NCBI GenBank assembly: GCA_047495785.1
Contig: JBLDXI010000019.1
Span: 682,001-746,000 of the forward strand
DNA length: 64,000 nucleotides
DNA from: Lepidodermella squamata
Taxonomy: Eukaryota; Animalia; Gastrotricha
Reading direction: 5' to 3'
Shown: positions 25,754 through 37,600 of the stretch, piece after piece
Numbering within the stretch: the stretch's first letter is position 1
How the letters are laid out: each line of letters opens with the position of its first letter
Notes under the pieces: generated by a model
What the model was told of the DNA's origin: nothing
The model's database searches: none
What the model saw: the letters and a program-made list of their open reading frames with translations, nothing else
Position numbers and translations under genes: made by a program

Positions 25754-27562
25754 TCACACGTAAAGACCTTGGCTGTTCAAGTTCGAGTTGACTTCACTCG
25801 CATTGTCTTGGTTAATCGCTGCCGGTTCTAAAACAACAGCACTATGTCGCTGTTGTAGTTGGGGATTCGGAGGTAGGGAAGGTCGCAACGTTTCATCGTC
25901 GCCTGAGGAATACGACGGGTTGCTGAAATGCAACGTGACACCAGCGTCGTCGCTGTATTGAGCGTTCGACTTCATCACTTCGTCGTAACTGGGCGGAGCC
26001 AAATCGCCGTATAGAGGTGGCAAAAACGGTGTAGCTCCACCCCTGATAGAGTCGTTATTCAAGTCATGTGTCACGATAATACCCTCAGCGGAGAAGAATA
26101 TTCTGGGTAGACTCTGAGGCTGATTCATGAAGCGACTTTCTATCGGGAACGATAGTGGCCGTCTTGTTTCAGGCCCCATACTAGATATCGCAAAGACATC
26201 ATTACCAGAGGCTGAGATCGACGTAAAATCCGGCGGGGGTGGCCTATGACCGCCAGCAGCACTGCGACTTCTACCAATCAAATTTCTCGGCCGAGTAACG
26301 AAGTAAGAACGGTCGTCATTCACCGGATTAGCTCGCCGACCAAGCGAGTTTATTTGGCTTTGATTGCGTTGCATGAAGTTGGGAATTCGGTTCAATACAT
26401 TGAAAACAGCACTGCTACTTCCCGACGCATGGTCGGAAATGTGACCAGCCGATTGAACCGGGGCGGCTTCGGAGTACCTAGGCGGCAATTCGTCGTCAAC
26501 TTGATAAACTGCTCGGGATCCTCGACTTTGGTATTGCCTTATAACTCGTCTTGCATTACGCCTAGCTCGGTAACTTTTGACGAACCATCTATAGTAGGCA
26601 ACTACCCCAGCTGTTATTAGAAGAGCAAGGCCGAAAAAGGTAGGCAGCAAAATCTTCATATGCCCGGCCAGGTTCATTTGAACAATGTCGGAATCACCCT
26701 CAGGATTGTTGTCTTGTCGTCCAGTGGTCGCCCAATAAACCAACTGTTGTTGCTGTCGTTGACTTGGATCGTTTAAGAAACGTCGATTCGGGGGTTGAAT
26801 CGAGCCGTAGCAGATGAAAGAAACGTATCGGCCCCTTTCTTGGACTAGGAAATCTGTTTGCGCCGAGTCAGCGAATAACGTAACATTCAACTGATCGGTA
26901 TACATTGGTAAATGGGATTGAACTCCATGAAGCGAATAGAACTGAGTAAAGTTGACAGGGAACTGCCAACTCGATACAGGGCTAAACAAGTCTTCGCCCT
27001 TCTCTAATAAATCAACCACGTTTTCATACTGAGCTGCGATTTGTTCCGGCTTGGGATTTGCAACATGACCATCGGAAAATTGAGCCGATTTTTGTTGACC
27101 AGCCAGTAAAACTTGCATAGGCGTGCAGTCGAACGACTCGCGAGCGTAACATTCCATAGCCAGATCGAAAAACTTGCCTTGCTTCTCCTTATTGTAGACC
27201 TGTAGGAAGACGCTGTAGCCATTAAATGATGGGAAGCTGGAGCCTCGCTTCAAAATATCTGCTACGTCATCTAAAGACTGCGAGTGAAGAGTTGGAAGTA
27301 ATGAAATGGTGGCCCCTGAGCCGCATATTAAAGTCTCACTAGCCGAATACTTTTTGACAGATATTGACGCAATGAAATTCACGGCTGAAGAAGATGTAGC
27401 AACTGAATCTGGTTCCTGAATTGTTTTCCGATAAGATGCCGTTGTTGTTGTGCTTGTTGTTGATGAATTGCTGCATCGGACATGACAGATAAGGAAACAG
27501 ACGCAAAGTAAGCGACGCGTAATTTGGGCGTATCTTTCGTAAATTTCACGCGATTGAATCAT
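25754..27562 (-). CDS. Single-exon type I membrane protein (602 aa) with a proline-rich cytoplasmic tail carrying PPxY motifs
   Basis: Hydrophobic N-terminal signal LLCVCFLICHVRC, S/T-rich stretch, one TM (ILLPTFFGLALLITAGVVAYY) followed by a basic stop-transfer segment, then PPRY, PPLY and PPSY. Confidence 0.75.
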   Translation of the reverse strand: MIQSREIYERYAQITRRLLCVCFLICHVRCSNSSTTSTTTTASYRKTIQEPDSVATSSSAVNFIASISVKKYSASETLICGSGATISLLPTLHSQSLDDVADILKRGSSFPSFNGYSVFLQVYNKEKQGKFFDLAMECYARESFDCTPMQVLLAGQQKSAQFSDGHVANPKPEQIAAQYENVVDLLEKGEDLFSPVSSWQFPVNFTQFYSLHGVQSHLPMYTDQLNVTLFADSAQTDFLVQERGRYVSFICYGSIQPPNRRFLNDPSQRQQQQLVYWATTGRQDNNPEGDSDIVQMNLAGHMKILLPTFFGLALLITAGVVAYYRWFVKSYRARRNARRVIRQYQSRGSRAVYQVDDELPPRYSEAAPVQSAGHISDHASGSSSAVFNVLNRIPNFMQRNQSQINSLGRRANPVNDDRSYFVTRPRNLIGRSRSAAGGHRPPPPDFTSISASGNDVFAISSMGPETRRPLSFPIESRFMNQPQSLPRIFFSAEGIIVTHDLNNDSIRGGATPFLPPLYGDLAPPSYDEVMKSNAQYSDDAGVTLHFSNPSYSSGDDETLRPSLPPNPQLQQRHSAVVLEPAAINQDNASEVNSNLNSQGLYV

Positions 27563-27906
27563 TTCGATATGATAACAGCATCCAGAGCACGTTATCTCTC
27601 ATCCAATATTATGCAGGTGAGATTTCAATAAACAAAAGTGGCGCGGTCGTATCAGATAACTACTCGGCCGCGTCAACGTGCTAAAGCGAAATGCGGTTTC
27701 TCAGAACAGCTTCTTGATATAAGCGCAAAATGGCCATAGCCAAGATGTTTTCTGTAAAAACATAGCCGTTTTTGTTTGATTACATGTGTGCATGCCAGCC
27801 TCTATTAAAAAAACCGCGCTGCGAGCAGAAAAAACGGGCAGGCTCAGGTGCAATCGCTATAGTATTCTGTAGGGCACACACATAGGCATATACACGTAAT
27901 AGCAAA

Positions 27907-30536
27907 GCTAATATACGAGAGCTAGGCTACGTATTTGCCTATATGCGACGCGCCCGTGTTGAATTACGAAATGCTGCGGCAAAAAACGGCCTGTCCTTGC
28001 GCTTCGTCGCTTATATTTTTTTGTTGTCACTTGTTTTTATTGAGGATTTAGGTGCAGTTTTTTCGGCAATATCGCTTTGTCAAGTAAATAGCACCATTTA
28101 TACTCGAATATAATGTATTAACTGCGAGTATGAATTTGGGGGATATTCAAAGACAAACCCGCTTAATTGTCAGACGATGACACAGCAAATAAGACGGCAA
28201 ATATTGATGCTGCTGCTCTGTGCAATTATAATGCGACTAGCCATGTGTAAGCTAGAATGTTACAATCTGGATGAGGAAAGTATGCCGTTGTTGTAAACCG
28301 GTGGGGCAGTAATGAATTAGTTTCCTGAATTTCAACATCAAATCAAGAACCACAGTAGAACAACGAGAAACCTAATACAAGGCACTATCAGCTAAAGCTA
28401 TGAACAGCTATGATTCAAATTGTATGTTCCCAGAGCAGATAAGGTGATAAGTTATCTCAGGCACAATGGCAGCGGTATTTGACAGAAATCGCAGTCTATC
28501 ATATTTCCAAAAATGTGGGCTGAGTATGATAAGTTGGAGAAAATAGGGGAAGGAGGCTTTGGTAAAGTATTCAAGGCTGAGGAGCATTCAACTAGAAAGA
28601 TTGTCGCCGTTAAGAAGATCAAGTATGACGACGACAAGCAGCTGGAGAAAGCTGAAGCTGAGGTATATGTGCCATAAAAATCGTCATGTATCGTCGATTA
28701 ATCCAATTTTATTTTAGGCAAAAATAACTCTGCCACTGGAGCACGAGAATGTTGTTCGAACATTCCGAAGCGTGCGGCAAGGTTTGTTTGTCATTTTTCT
28801 CCATCAGTTACCCTGAATTGAGCTATATTCATTAGCCAAAGCGATATTCATAGTAATGGAATTCTGTTCGGATGGTGACCTTCTTATGGAAATAAAACGC
28901 ACTGCGCTGGAAAACAAACTGTTGTCTGAGAAACACGTCGCTCACAGATTGCTGCATCTGTGCAGAGCCGTGCATTTCCTACATGAGAGGAAAATTCTAC
29001 ATCGAGATATCAAAGCTCAGGTAAGCTATCAAGGTTTGAGCTGCATGTAATTGTCAATAAATGTAACAGAACTGTTACTTGGTCAACGACACGCTCAAGT
29101 TGGGCGATTTTGGAATTTCGAAAGCTATCATGGATGGGTAAATCAGTGAGGGCTCGTAACTAATTTCCATTTCTTGCATGGGCTTTTAGACAATCCTCGC
29201 AAAACAGCTTTCGCACTGTTGGAACTGTGACACATTATTCCCCGCAAATTTGCGATGGCCTACCATTTACCAAGTTCGATGACATCTTTGCAATTGGAGT
29301 CGTTTTGTACCACATGCTAACATTGAAGCTACCGGTAATTACGGCAGTGTTATATCGTACTGAAACTTGATCTTACCCTATCTAGTATCCAAAAGCTGCT
29401 GATCATACGTTCAACGCAGTGATGGAAACAATGAAGCTGATAAAAGCGTAATAATTGCAGTCATATCAGCCTACTTACTTAAAAAAGATGCGTTATAGGG
29501 GAAAGCCAGAGCCCATTCCATACAAGAGTGGTTATTCGCCGGTAATGCACAATCTGACGGATCAGTTTCTTCACTCTATCCCCGAGCAGAGACCTCTTTT
29601 AACATCCGTTATAGACGAGCTAATCTGCGACGAAACGGTTCGAAAACTAGTTGAATTTATTTGCTTGAATCTTAATTTAGCCTAACAGGCGCCAGCTATT
29701 TTCTCAGCTGCTAGGACGGGCGATTTGGGGACGTGGTTTCAAGTGATAGGCCGTATTCCGCCACATTTGTTGTCCGATGTACTATGCAGACCCGACAGAG
29801 AAGATTCAGCCAAGAAAACTGCTCTACACCAAGCTGCAAGCCATGGCTCCACTGAAATCGTGCGATACTTGCTAGATAACAATGTTCCATACCACCTTAT
29901 GGATTTCACGGGAAAAACTGCATTGCAATACGCCGAAAAATTCGGACATGGCGAAATAGTCGACATGCTGGAAGTGGAGTTCCAATCTACACTATCTCGT
30001 ATGATTAATGCCGTGAAATCGGGGGACATTTCTACCCTTACCTCTGGCATGGTTCACAATAGGATTCTAAGTACTAGCTTGGATGAAAAAGGCACGAAAC
30101 TTCTACATCTGGCTTTCGAGACTAGACGGCCTGAAATTGTTAAATTTCTGATGACTAACAGACCTAATATGGATCTAGACAACGATGGCCTGACACCTTT
30201 GCATAGGGAAATTATATACCAGGCCGATTGCTCATTTTTTTCGGAAGTTTTAGTTGCAAGATTTGTGAATTCGGCTGACAGTAGCCCGAATAAATACACT
30301 CTTCTACATACAGCTGCTATTTGTGGCAAGACCGAATTTGCGAAAGTTTTATTGAAGGAAGAAGCCAATGTAAAACTGCGAGACTCGTCGGAAAGCAAAT
30401 CGTTGGCTATACATCTGGCTGCAAAATATGGCAATGCGGAAATAGTCACCTTGCTACTCGAGAAAGATTCATCATTACTGCTTGAAGTTGATTCCTTCAA
30501 CCGAAACCCATTGCACCTCGCTGTTATCGAGAATAA
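27907..30536 (+). repeat. Segmental duplicate (upstream region + kinase + first ankyrin repeats) of about 34001-36683
   Basis: Non-coding 27907-28420 aligns with 34001-34565 (e.g. taatatacgagagctagg, gtaaaccggtggggcag, aatcaagaaccacagtagaacaacgagaaacctaatacaagg). Coding similarity continues to gagaataa at about 30536. Confidence 0.9.
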
Positions 30537-30618
30537 CCTCTGTCCGTTACGGTGGAATCACCCATATATGTTGGATCATAGTCACGCGTCAGGACAAATC
30601 GTATATAGTTATAAATGA
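28513..30618 (+). pseudogene. NEK-like kinase + ankyrin gene, copy A, 3'-truncated (8 exons; kinase intact, only about 7 ANK repeats left)
   Basis: [45 protein letters not shown]. Homology to copy B stops abruptly after LHLAVIEN (about 30536) and the frame runs on in unrelated sequence to TGA at 30618. Confidence 0.8.
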
Positions 30619-30790
30619 CCCTCGAGAAAACAATACGTAAACAACAGTGGCATAAATGCACAAGAATAGAGTCTCGTTAGCGTTTCGGTATAACTCTCCA
30701 TATTTGACGGTAACTCCTACTCGCCATTGTTCTCTAGTTGCGGTAAACAATTTACAACCGTAAACGGCACTACCTCGACTCTGAAGCATA

Positions 30791-30974
30791 CAGTGTGGCC
30801 AAAAAACTCCGCAGAGCGGGAATTCGCTGCATGCGCATCATTTTAATGAGGAGTTTCAAGAAATTGAGGAGTTCCATTGGCAAAAGAATGCTTGAAATTC
30901 TTCAACTTCTTAAAACTCTTCATTAAATCGATGCGCAGCGAATTCCCGCTCTGTGGAATTTTTCGGCCCCCATA
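30791..30974. mobile_element. Foldback/hairpin MITE (about 184 bp), Tc1/mariner-like
   Basis: ta|cagtgtggccaaaaaactccgcagagcgggaattcgctgc...cattttaatgaggagttt is the near-perfect reverse complement of aaactcttcattaaatcgatgcgcagcgaattcccgctctgtggaatttttcggcc. TA flanks on both sides. Confidence 0.8.
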
Positions 30975-31348
30975 TATTCCATGGGCAATTTAGGCGCAAT
31001 TACCTGGCCATACCTGTGAATCGCCTCGAGTCGCGGTTTTTTTCCTTGTTATCAGCAAAGGAAATGGTCGAAGGAAAAAAATGTCATCTGAACTCAAAGC
31101 CTTTCGATTGGTTACAGATAATTCAATTCCTATGGGTCGTTTTTACCGGCCTAAACATACCTGTAAATACTGGCTTGCCGTGACCTCATTTTGGGACATC
31201 ACTGGCTGAAAATTTTTACAGATGTAGGGGGTCTGTAGAAGATTATCTGCACCAATTATTTCAGAGTCTATGAGCTATTAAAAGTAATACTATGACATCA
31301 ATTTTCGGCCAAATCGCCCCAAGTGCCCATTTCACCCCAAACGACGGT

Positions 31349-31550
31349 AGTGTGACAGTATGACAATTTGATTTCCTATGGCATTTATTGAGTCCGCTCT
31401 GATCGATTGCAATGACTGCCGCTTACCACTACAGCCGCAGCTTTAAGGCATGAATTAAGTAGTTGCTGTTGTATGAAACTATTTTCCCGCCGAATAATAT
31501 GTATTATAGACGGAACGCTGTCATCGAAAGCACAGCAGCACATTGGAAGA
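31349..31550 (+). repeat. Direct copy of 48421-48620 (sequence upstream of the fucosyltransferase gene)
   Basis: Shared text includes tttattgagtc.gctctgatcgattgc.atgactgccgct and gcagctttaaggcatgaattaagtagttgctg.tgtatgaaa. Confidence 0.9.
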
Positions 31551-31735
31551 TTACAGGGCGGCTTTATATCGCAGGCCCGTTGGTCTAGGGGTGTGATTCT
31601 CGCTCCGGGTGCGAGAGGTCTCAATTCCCGAACGGGCCCTCTCAATTTGTCTCCATTATTTATTCCCAACAATTTTGAATTTTAACAAGCAGTTATCAAA
31701 ATGTATCACATGATCTAGGCATTTAACTTCATATC

Positions 31736-31807
31736 TCCCTGATGGTCTAGTGGTTAGGATTCCACGCTTTCACCGCGGCGGCCCGGGTTCGATTCCCGGT
31801 CTGGGAA
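31736..31807 (+). tRNA. tRNA-Glu(TTC), with two stem mismatches
   Basis: TCCCTGATGGTCTAGTGGTTAGGATT...CTTTCAC...GGGTTCGATTCCCGG...GGGAA followed by an oligo-T Pol III terminator. T:T mismatch in the acceptor stem and A:C in the anticodon stem. Confidence 0.85.
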
Positions 31808-32013
31808 AGTTTTTTTCTGAAACGAGTCGTTTTTGCTGCTAATCGCAAAAAGTCGAGCAAGGGTCAGGGATATCGAAGCCTCAATCGTCTGCTTACTAGG
31901 CAGATGATCTATCACTAAGCTATATCACTTTTGACTTAGATGGCCATTCAGTCCAATTTTAAGCCGCGGTAGCTGAAGATTCGGGCAGTCCGTCTTCTGT
32001 GACCAAAAATTGT

Positions 32014-32086
32014 TCGAGGATACGGGCGTCGATCACGTCACCTCTCGCATGCTAAGCGAGCGCTCTACCATTCGAGCTAATCCCCC
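32014..32086 (-). tRNA. tRNA-Ala(AGC), degenerate/possible pseudogene
   Basis: Reverse complement GGGGGATTAGCTCGAATGGTAGAGCGCTCGCTTAGCATGCGAGAGGT...GATCGACGCCCGTATCCTCGA matches the eukaryotic Ala-AGC consensus. G1:G72 mismatch and one T-stem mismatch; oligo-T downstream. Confidence 0.8.
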
Positions 32087-32196
32087 ACGTGTCTGAGTCA
32101 CCATTTAACAAAGTAATTGTATGAACAATAACGTAGAACTAGCGGTAAAACTGGCGTCCTCCGAGAGACTCGAATCCTTGACGCTGCGATTTATCT

Positions 32197-32673
32197 GTGT
32201 CCCCACATGTGACACGGGATACGCATGTGACGTAGATAGGACATAGGACGCCGCACTCAGAGCACGCCGACAGACAAGAAGACGTGTTCACCTTTTTCCT
32301 CATTAATATTCAGAATATTTACAGCTTAAAAAAAAATAATATGACGGGGCTCAATTCGAATTTGATTTTAATAATTAACATTTAAAAATTTAAAATTAAT
32401 TAGTTCAAGTTTCAAAGATCGCAAAAAGTAGTGATTTGGCGCGGTTCCCGAGACGCTACAAAGAGGAGATGCTTCTTTAAAGATGAGTTCAGCTGATGAA
32501 ATGGCAGCATCTGCTCGAAAGTACACAGAAATAGCTATTTGGGTGGAAAATTATGAGATGATTCATCACATTAAATTTGGAATGATGAACTTTGCCCCTT
32601 ATTAGTCTGACTTCAGTTTTTCGTGTCCGAAAACCTCTTAGTGCGGCGTCCTATCTACGTCACATGGGGATAC
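32197..32673. mobile_element. Non-autonomous DNA transposon/MITE with inverted termini of about 35 bp
   Basis: Left catgtgacgtagataggac(ataggac)gccgcactcagag is the reverse complement of right ctcttagtgcggcgtcctatctacgtcacatggggatac. The left end has small internal duplications; the interior is AT-rich and non-coding. Confidence 0.7.
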
Positions 32674-32704
32674 GGGGCTTCGATTGCCTGCCAAGGAGCT
32701 GACT

Positions 32705-32768
32705 TTTTCATGTGGGGTCGAACCCACGACCCTGGGATTAAGATAGTCGGCCCTAGCTCTACCGTAGT
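32705..32768 (-). pseudogene. tRNA-Lys(CTT)-derived remnant
   Basis: The reverse complement contains cggtagagc...tcttaatcccagggtcgtgggttcgaccccac, matching the D, anticodon and T arms of eukaryotic Lys-CTT. The acceptor stem is lost. Confidence 0.6.
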
Positions 32769-33394
32769 TTTTAAGTTGCCGGCCATAGCCGAGCGATCAT
32801 AAGCCAGACTTGCGGCCATTAGCCGGACCATTTTGCTTGGCTCGTGCTGTAGCCTAGCGTTTTATACATGCAAATGGTTGCAATAGGCCGAACTTGCGTT
32901 ACAAGGACTGATTTTTAGTGAATTTAACTCAAAGAAGTCCGGCTTATAGCTTAAAGGATATTTAATTTTCGTCTAGACCGCATGAACACCCTCGCCATGC
33001 TGTGTTTGGGTGGCTTCAACAGCAAAATGTTTGCAGTGTCTTGAAAAATAACTGTTCCCTTTTGTTGCAAAACCTTAATTACAGCTCGATAATCGATAAT
33101 CTCAACCGGGCGATCACCAAAGTTTGTTTGAAAACCGAAATCTTTATTCTGCCTCTTTTTCCTTTTCCTAAACGACCTCTATCCGGGAGCACGTGGCTCG
33201 TGACCCGCCGGTGATAATAATCGGTATTATAAAACAGTATTATTATAAACAGTAATAAATTGCATTTAATATTTGGTGGCGACATGTTACACAATTCATC
33301 AAATTCAAATTACTGTGAATTTCCAAAGTCTTAAGTCCGAAATCTTCCTTATGGCCATGACAGGGTTAACGCAAAACTGCTATAGGTAAACAGC

Positions 33395-33992
33395 TTCCGG
33401 CGGCAAGTAAAATAAGGAATTGTGCTAAAAATATTTCGTTATAGTTCTTTGGGATATCTAACATCAAGATGATTGAGATATAAGGCGATGAGCGATGCAA
33501 GTTGACGGCAAACGTTGCTTCAGACTTTGGCAAAAAAGCTGGCCTCGATGCTCAAGCTAATGCATCATAAATCTAATTTTCGCCTTTCTAAGACAGAATA
33601 AACGGCTCAACTGGTTGAGAATGCAGGTTCGCCATCCTTCGAGACTGCAGTGTTATGGAAAACATGGTTTGGTCAGCGAGATTGGGCTCAGATGTTCGCC
33701 ATGTGGCCGAATGCTCCTTACGTTGATACCGGTGAAAATCCTCCGAGAAAATGCTTTGTCACCGCAGATCGGCGAGATCTAAATGGTTGAGCATTATCGT
33801 TTCCACAGGCCATTATAATTTCAGAAACAAATCAAGAGAAAAAATGATGCTTTGTTATTTCACGGCCGCGATTTTTCTTCCAACGACATTCAACAACTCT
33901 GCAACACGAAACCCTCATACAAATGGATATTTTTCCTTGTCGAAACGCAGATTCATAGTGGTTTGACTACTTATGGGACATGGTCAACGCTA
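33395..33992 (+). pseudogene. 5' partial pseudogene of the alpha-1,3-fucosyltransferase at 49071
   Basis: Aligns to about 48969-49654 including upstream sequence and the intron. It has an in-frame TAA about 21 codons after ATG 33495, a deletion of the TM-coding segment and further indels, and ends at tggtcaacgcta. Confidence 0.9.
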
Positions 33993-34665
33993 ATATATAT
34001 TAATATACGAGAGCTAGGCGCAAGGCGAAGTATTTGCCTATATGCGACGCGGCCGTGTTGAATTGCGAAAAAAATTTCGTCTTGTTACCACCGCCGAGGC
34101 GATTATAGCAAAATGATAACAAAATGTTATTTTTGCTGCGGCTAAAACGGCCTATCCTCGCGCTTCGTCGCTTATGTTTTGTTGTCACTTGTTGGATTTA
34201 GGTGCAGTTATTTTCGGCAATATCGCATTTTCAAGTAAATAGCACCATTTATACTCGAATATAATGTATTAACTGCGACTTTGACGGATAATCAAAGACA
34301 AACCAACTTAATTGTCAGACGATGACGCGGCAAATACGACGGCAAATATTGATGCTGCTGCTCTGTGCAATTATAATACGACTAGCCATTTGTAAGCTTG
34401 AATGTTGCAATCTAGAAGATAAGGAAAGTATGCTGTTGTTGTAAACCGGTGGGGCAGCAATGAATTAGTTTCCTGAATTTCAACATCAAATCAAGAACCA
34501 CAGTAGAACAACGAGAAACCTAATACAAGGCGCTATCAGCTAATTAAAAGCTAATGATTCAAATTGAGCATTTACGCAGATAAGAAGGGGTATACGTTCT
34601 CCCTATCTCAAAGGCAGTAGTATTTTACCGAAGTTGCATTTCTTCTTATTATCGTAACTGCGAGA

Positions 34666-37600
34666 ATGTGGAGCAAGTATCAAAAGTTGCAGAAAATTGG
34701 AGAAGGAGGCTTTGGTAGAGTATACAAAGCTGAGAAGAATTCAACAGGAGAAATTTTTGCAATTAAGAAGATCAAGTTTTACGATGACAAGCAGCTGGAG
34801 AGAGCTGAAGCTGAGGTAAACGATAATCTTTTGAGAGTATTGTTGATACATCCACATTCTAGGCAAAAATAACTCAACCTCTTAATCACGAAAATATCGT
34901 TCGAACATTTGACTACGAGCGGCAAGGTATGCTTATTGCCATCATCCGCTGTCAGTGATCCCAAATTGAGCTATAATATAGGCAATGCGATATTCATGGT
35001 GATGGAGCTTTGTTCTGATGGCGACCTTCAAATGGAAATAGAACGCTATGCGCGGGATAACAATTTTATGTCCGAGAAACACGTCACTCGCAGATTAACG
35101 CATCTGTGCAGAGCCGTACAATTCCTTCATGAAAACAACATTATACATCGAGATGTGAAAGCTCAGGCAAGCATCATTTCTTTAGTCTCGATAAGTGATA
35201 AAACGGCATTGTAGAACTGTTACTTGCACAACGATACACTCAAATTGGGCGATTTCGGAATTTCAAAAGAGCAAGCGGTAGATGGGTAGATGAGTTGTAA
35301 TGTTACATGAAATCTTATTGTTTCAATTTTCTAGGCAATCCTCACAAAACAGTTTCCGAACTGTTGGAACAGTAACGCATTATTCCCCGCAGATATGCGA
35401 AGGAAAACCGTTTACCAAGTTTGATGACATCTTTGCGATTGGAGTCGTACTCTACCACATGCTCGCACTGAAACTGCCGGTAAGTAAAAACACGTGACAC
35501 ATCCGTTCTCGAACTACAGGCATATATTCCAGTATCCAAAAGTTGCCGATCATTCGCTGGCCTCAGCAATGGATACAATGAAGCTGATTCAGGCGTAATT
35601 TTTCTCATATCAGTTACTTCAATTCATGTGACCTAATTTAATAGCGGGAAGCGAGAGAAAATCCCTGACGTTTATTCGAAGAAAATGCTCAACCTGTCGA
35701 ATCAGTTTCTCGAGTCCAACCCAGCACGAAGACCTACATTGGCCTCAGTTGTCGATCAGATAATTTGCGATGAAACGGTAATACCAAATGAATGTCAAAC
35801 AAAATTAAGGAATTTTAATTCGAATTCATAGATGCCGGCTATTTTCTCAGCCGCTAGGACGGGTGATATGGGGATGTGGCTTCAGGAAATAGGCCGTATT
35901 CCGCCTCACCTATTGTCCGATGTATTGCGCAGACCAGACTGGGAGGATTCAGCTGGGAGGAAAACCGTTCTTCATCATGCTGCGAGCCATGGCTCAACTG
36001 AAATTGTGCGGTACTTGTTAGATAAGAATGTTCCTTACAACCTTATGGATTCCACGGGGACAACTGCATTGCAATACGCCGAAAGATTCGGACATAGCGA
36101 TATCGTCGACTTGCTGGAAGTTGCATTCAAATCTTTGCTGTCTAAGGTACTTAATGCCGTGAAATCTGGAGACATTTCTACTCTTACCTCTGCTATGATC
36201 GACAATAAGATTTCAAGCACCAGCTTGGATGATAAAGGCTCCAAACTTCTTCATCTGGCCTTTGATACTAGACGGCCTGAAATTGTCAAATTTGTGATGG
36301 CTAACAGGCCTAACATGGAGCCAGACAACGCTGGTTTGACACCTTTGCATAGGGAAATAATGCTTCAGGACGATTGCTCCTTGTTTTCGAAAGTTTTAAT
36401 GACTCGATTTGTCAATTCGGTTGACAGTAGCGCGAATAAATTCACTCTTTTGCACACCGCTGCCATTCACGGAAAGGCCGAATTCGCGAAAATTCTTTTG
36501 AAGGAAGAGGCCAATGTCAAACTGCCGGACTCGTCGGAGAGCAAATCGTTGGCTATACATCTAGCTGCGAAATATGGCCATGCGGATATTGTTAATTTGC
36601 TGCTCGAAAAGGATGAATCGTTACTGCTTGAAGTTGATTCCTTAAAGCGAAACCCACTGCACCTTGCAGTTCTCGAGAATAAGCTAAATGTGGTGAATTG
36701 TATTCTCGACTTCTGCCGAAAGAACAATGTTGACATCAAAAACTTGGCGAGTGCCAAAGATGGCAGCGGAACTTCCCCCAATCAACAAGCCTTGAGATCG
36801 CGCTATATGGAAATTCTTCTTACATTCGTGGCAAGCGGCGCTTATTTCGTTGATGCTGACGCGAATTTGACCGTTCTCCATCAAGCGGTGTTGGATGGAA
36901 ACATTGATTTTATCAATCTTACCGATATTTATTCAGCGATGTTCAATATCAGCGAATTAAGAAGAGGATATACGCCACTTCATCTCGCAATCAATGAGAA
37001 AAAGTCCGAAATCGCACTCATTTTGATCGAAAACGGGGCGAACTTCCTTGCAGCAGATAATGGGATAAATGCCCTTCGGCTGTCATATGAATCCGGCTTG
37101 TTTCAAGTTGTAATCGCTCTGGTACAAAAAGGCGTTTACTTCCTCGATGCAAACGCTAAATTTACCGTTCTTCATCAAGCTGTGGTCCATGGAAATGTTG
37201 ATTTCGTCAATTGTATCGACAGTAATTCAGCGATTATAAATATCAGCGAATCAACAAATGGATATACGGCGCTTCATTTTGCAATTTCGGAAAGAAAATC
37301 CCATCTTGCTTGCATTTTAATTCAGAAAGGTGCTGACTTTCTCAAAGCAGATGATAATGGCGACACTGCAATTCAGCTAGCAGTTAAAACTGGAGATTTC
37401 GAAGTTGTTAAACTTATTACTGAGGCTGGCTGTAATTTACACATTGCGAACGCTAAATCTGGGAAAACACTGTTGCATTTGGCAATCGAGTTTGGGCATA
37501 CTGAAATATCAGATTTTCTTATTAACAAAGGCGCTGATGGTTTTGCCCATGATATTAACAACTCAACTCCAATCGAGATGGCAATTCAAAAGAAAATTGA

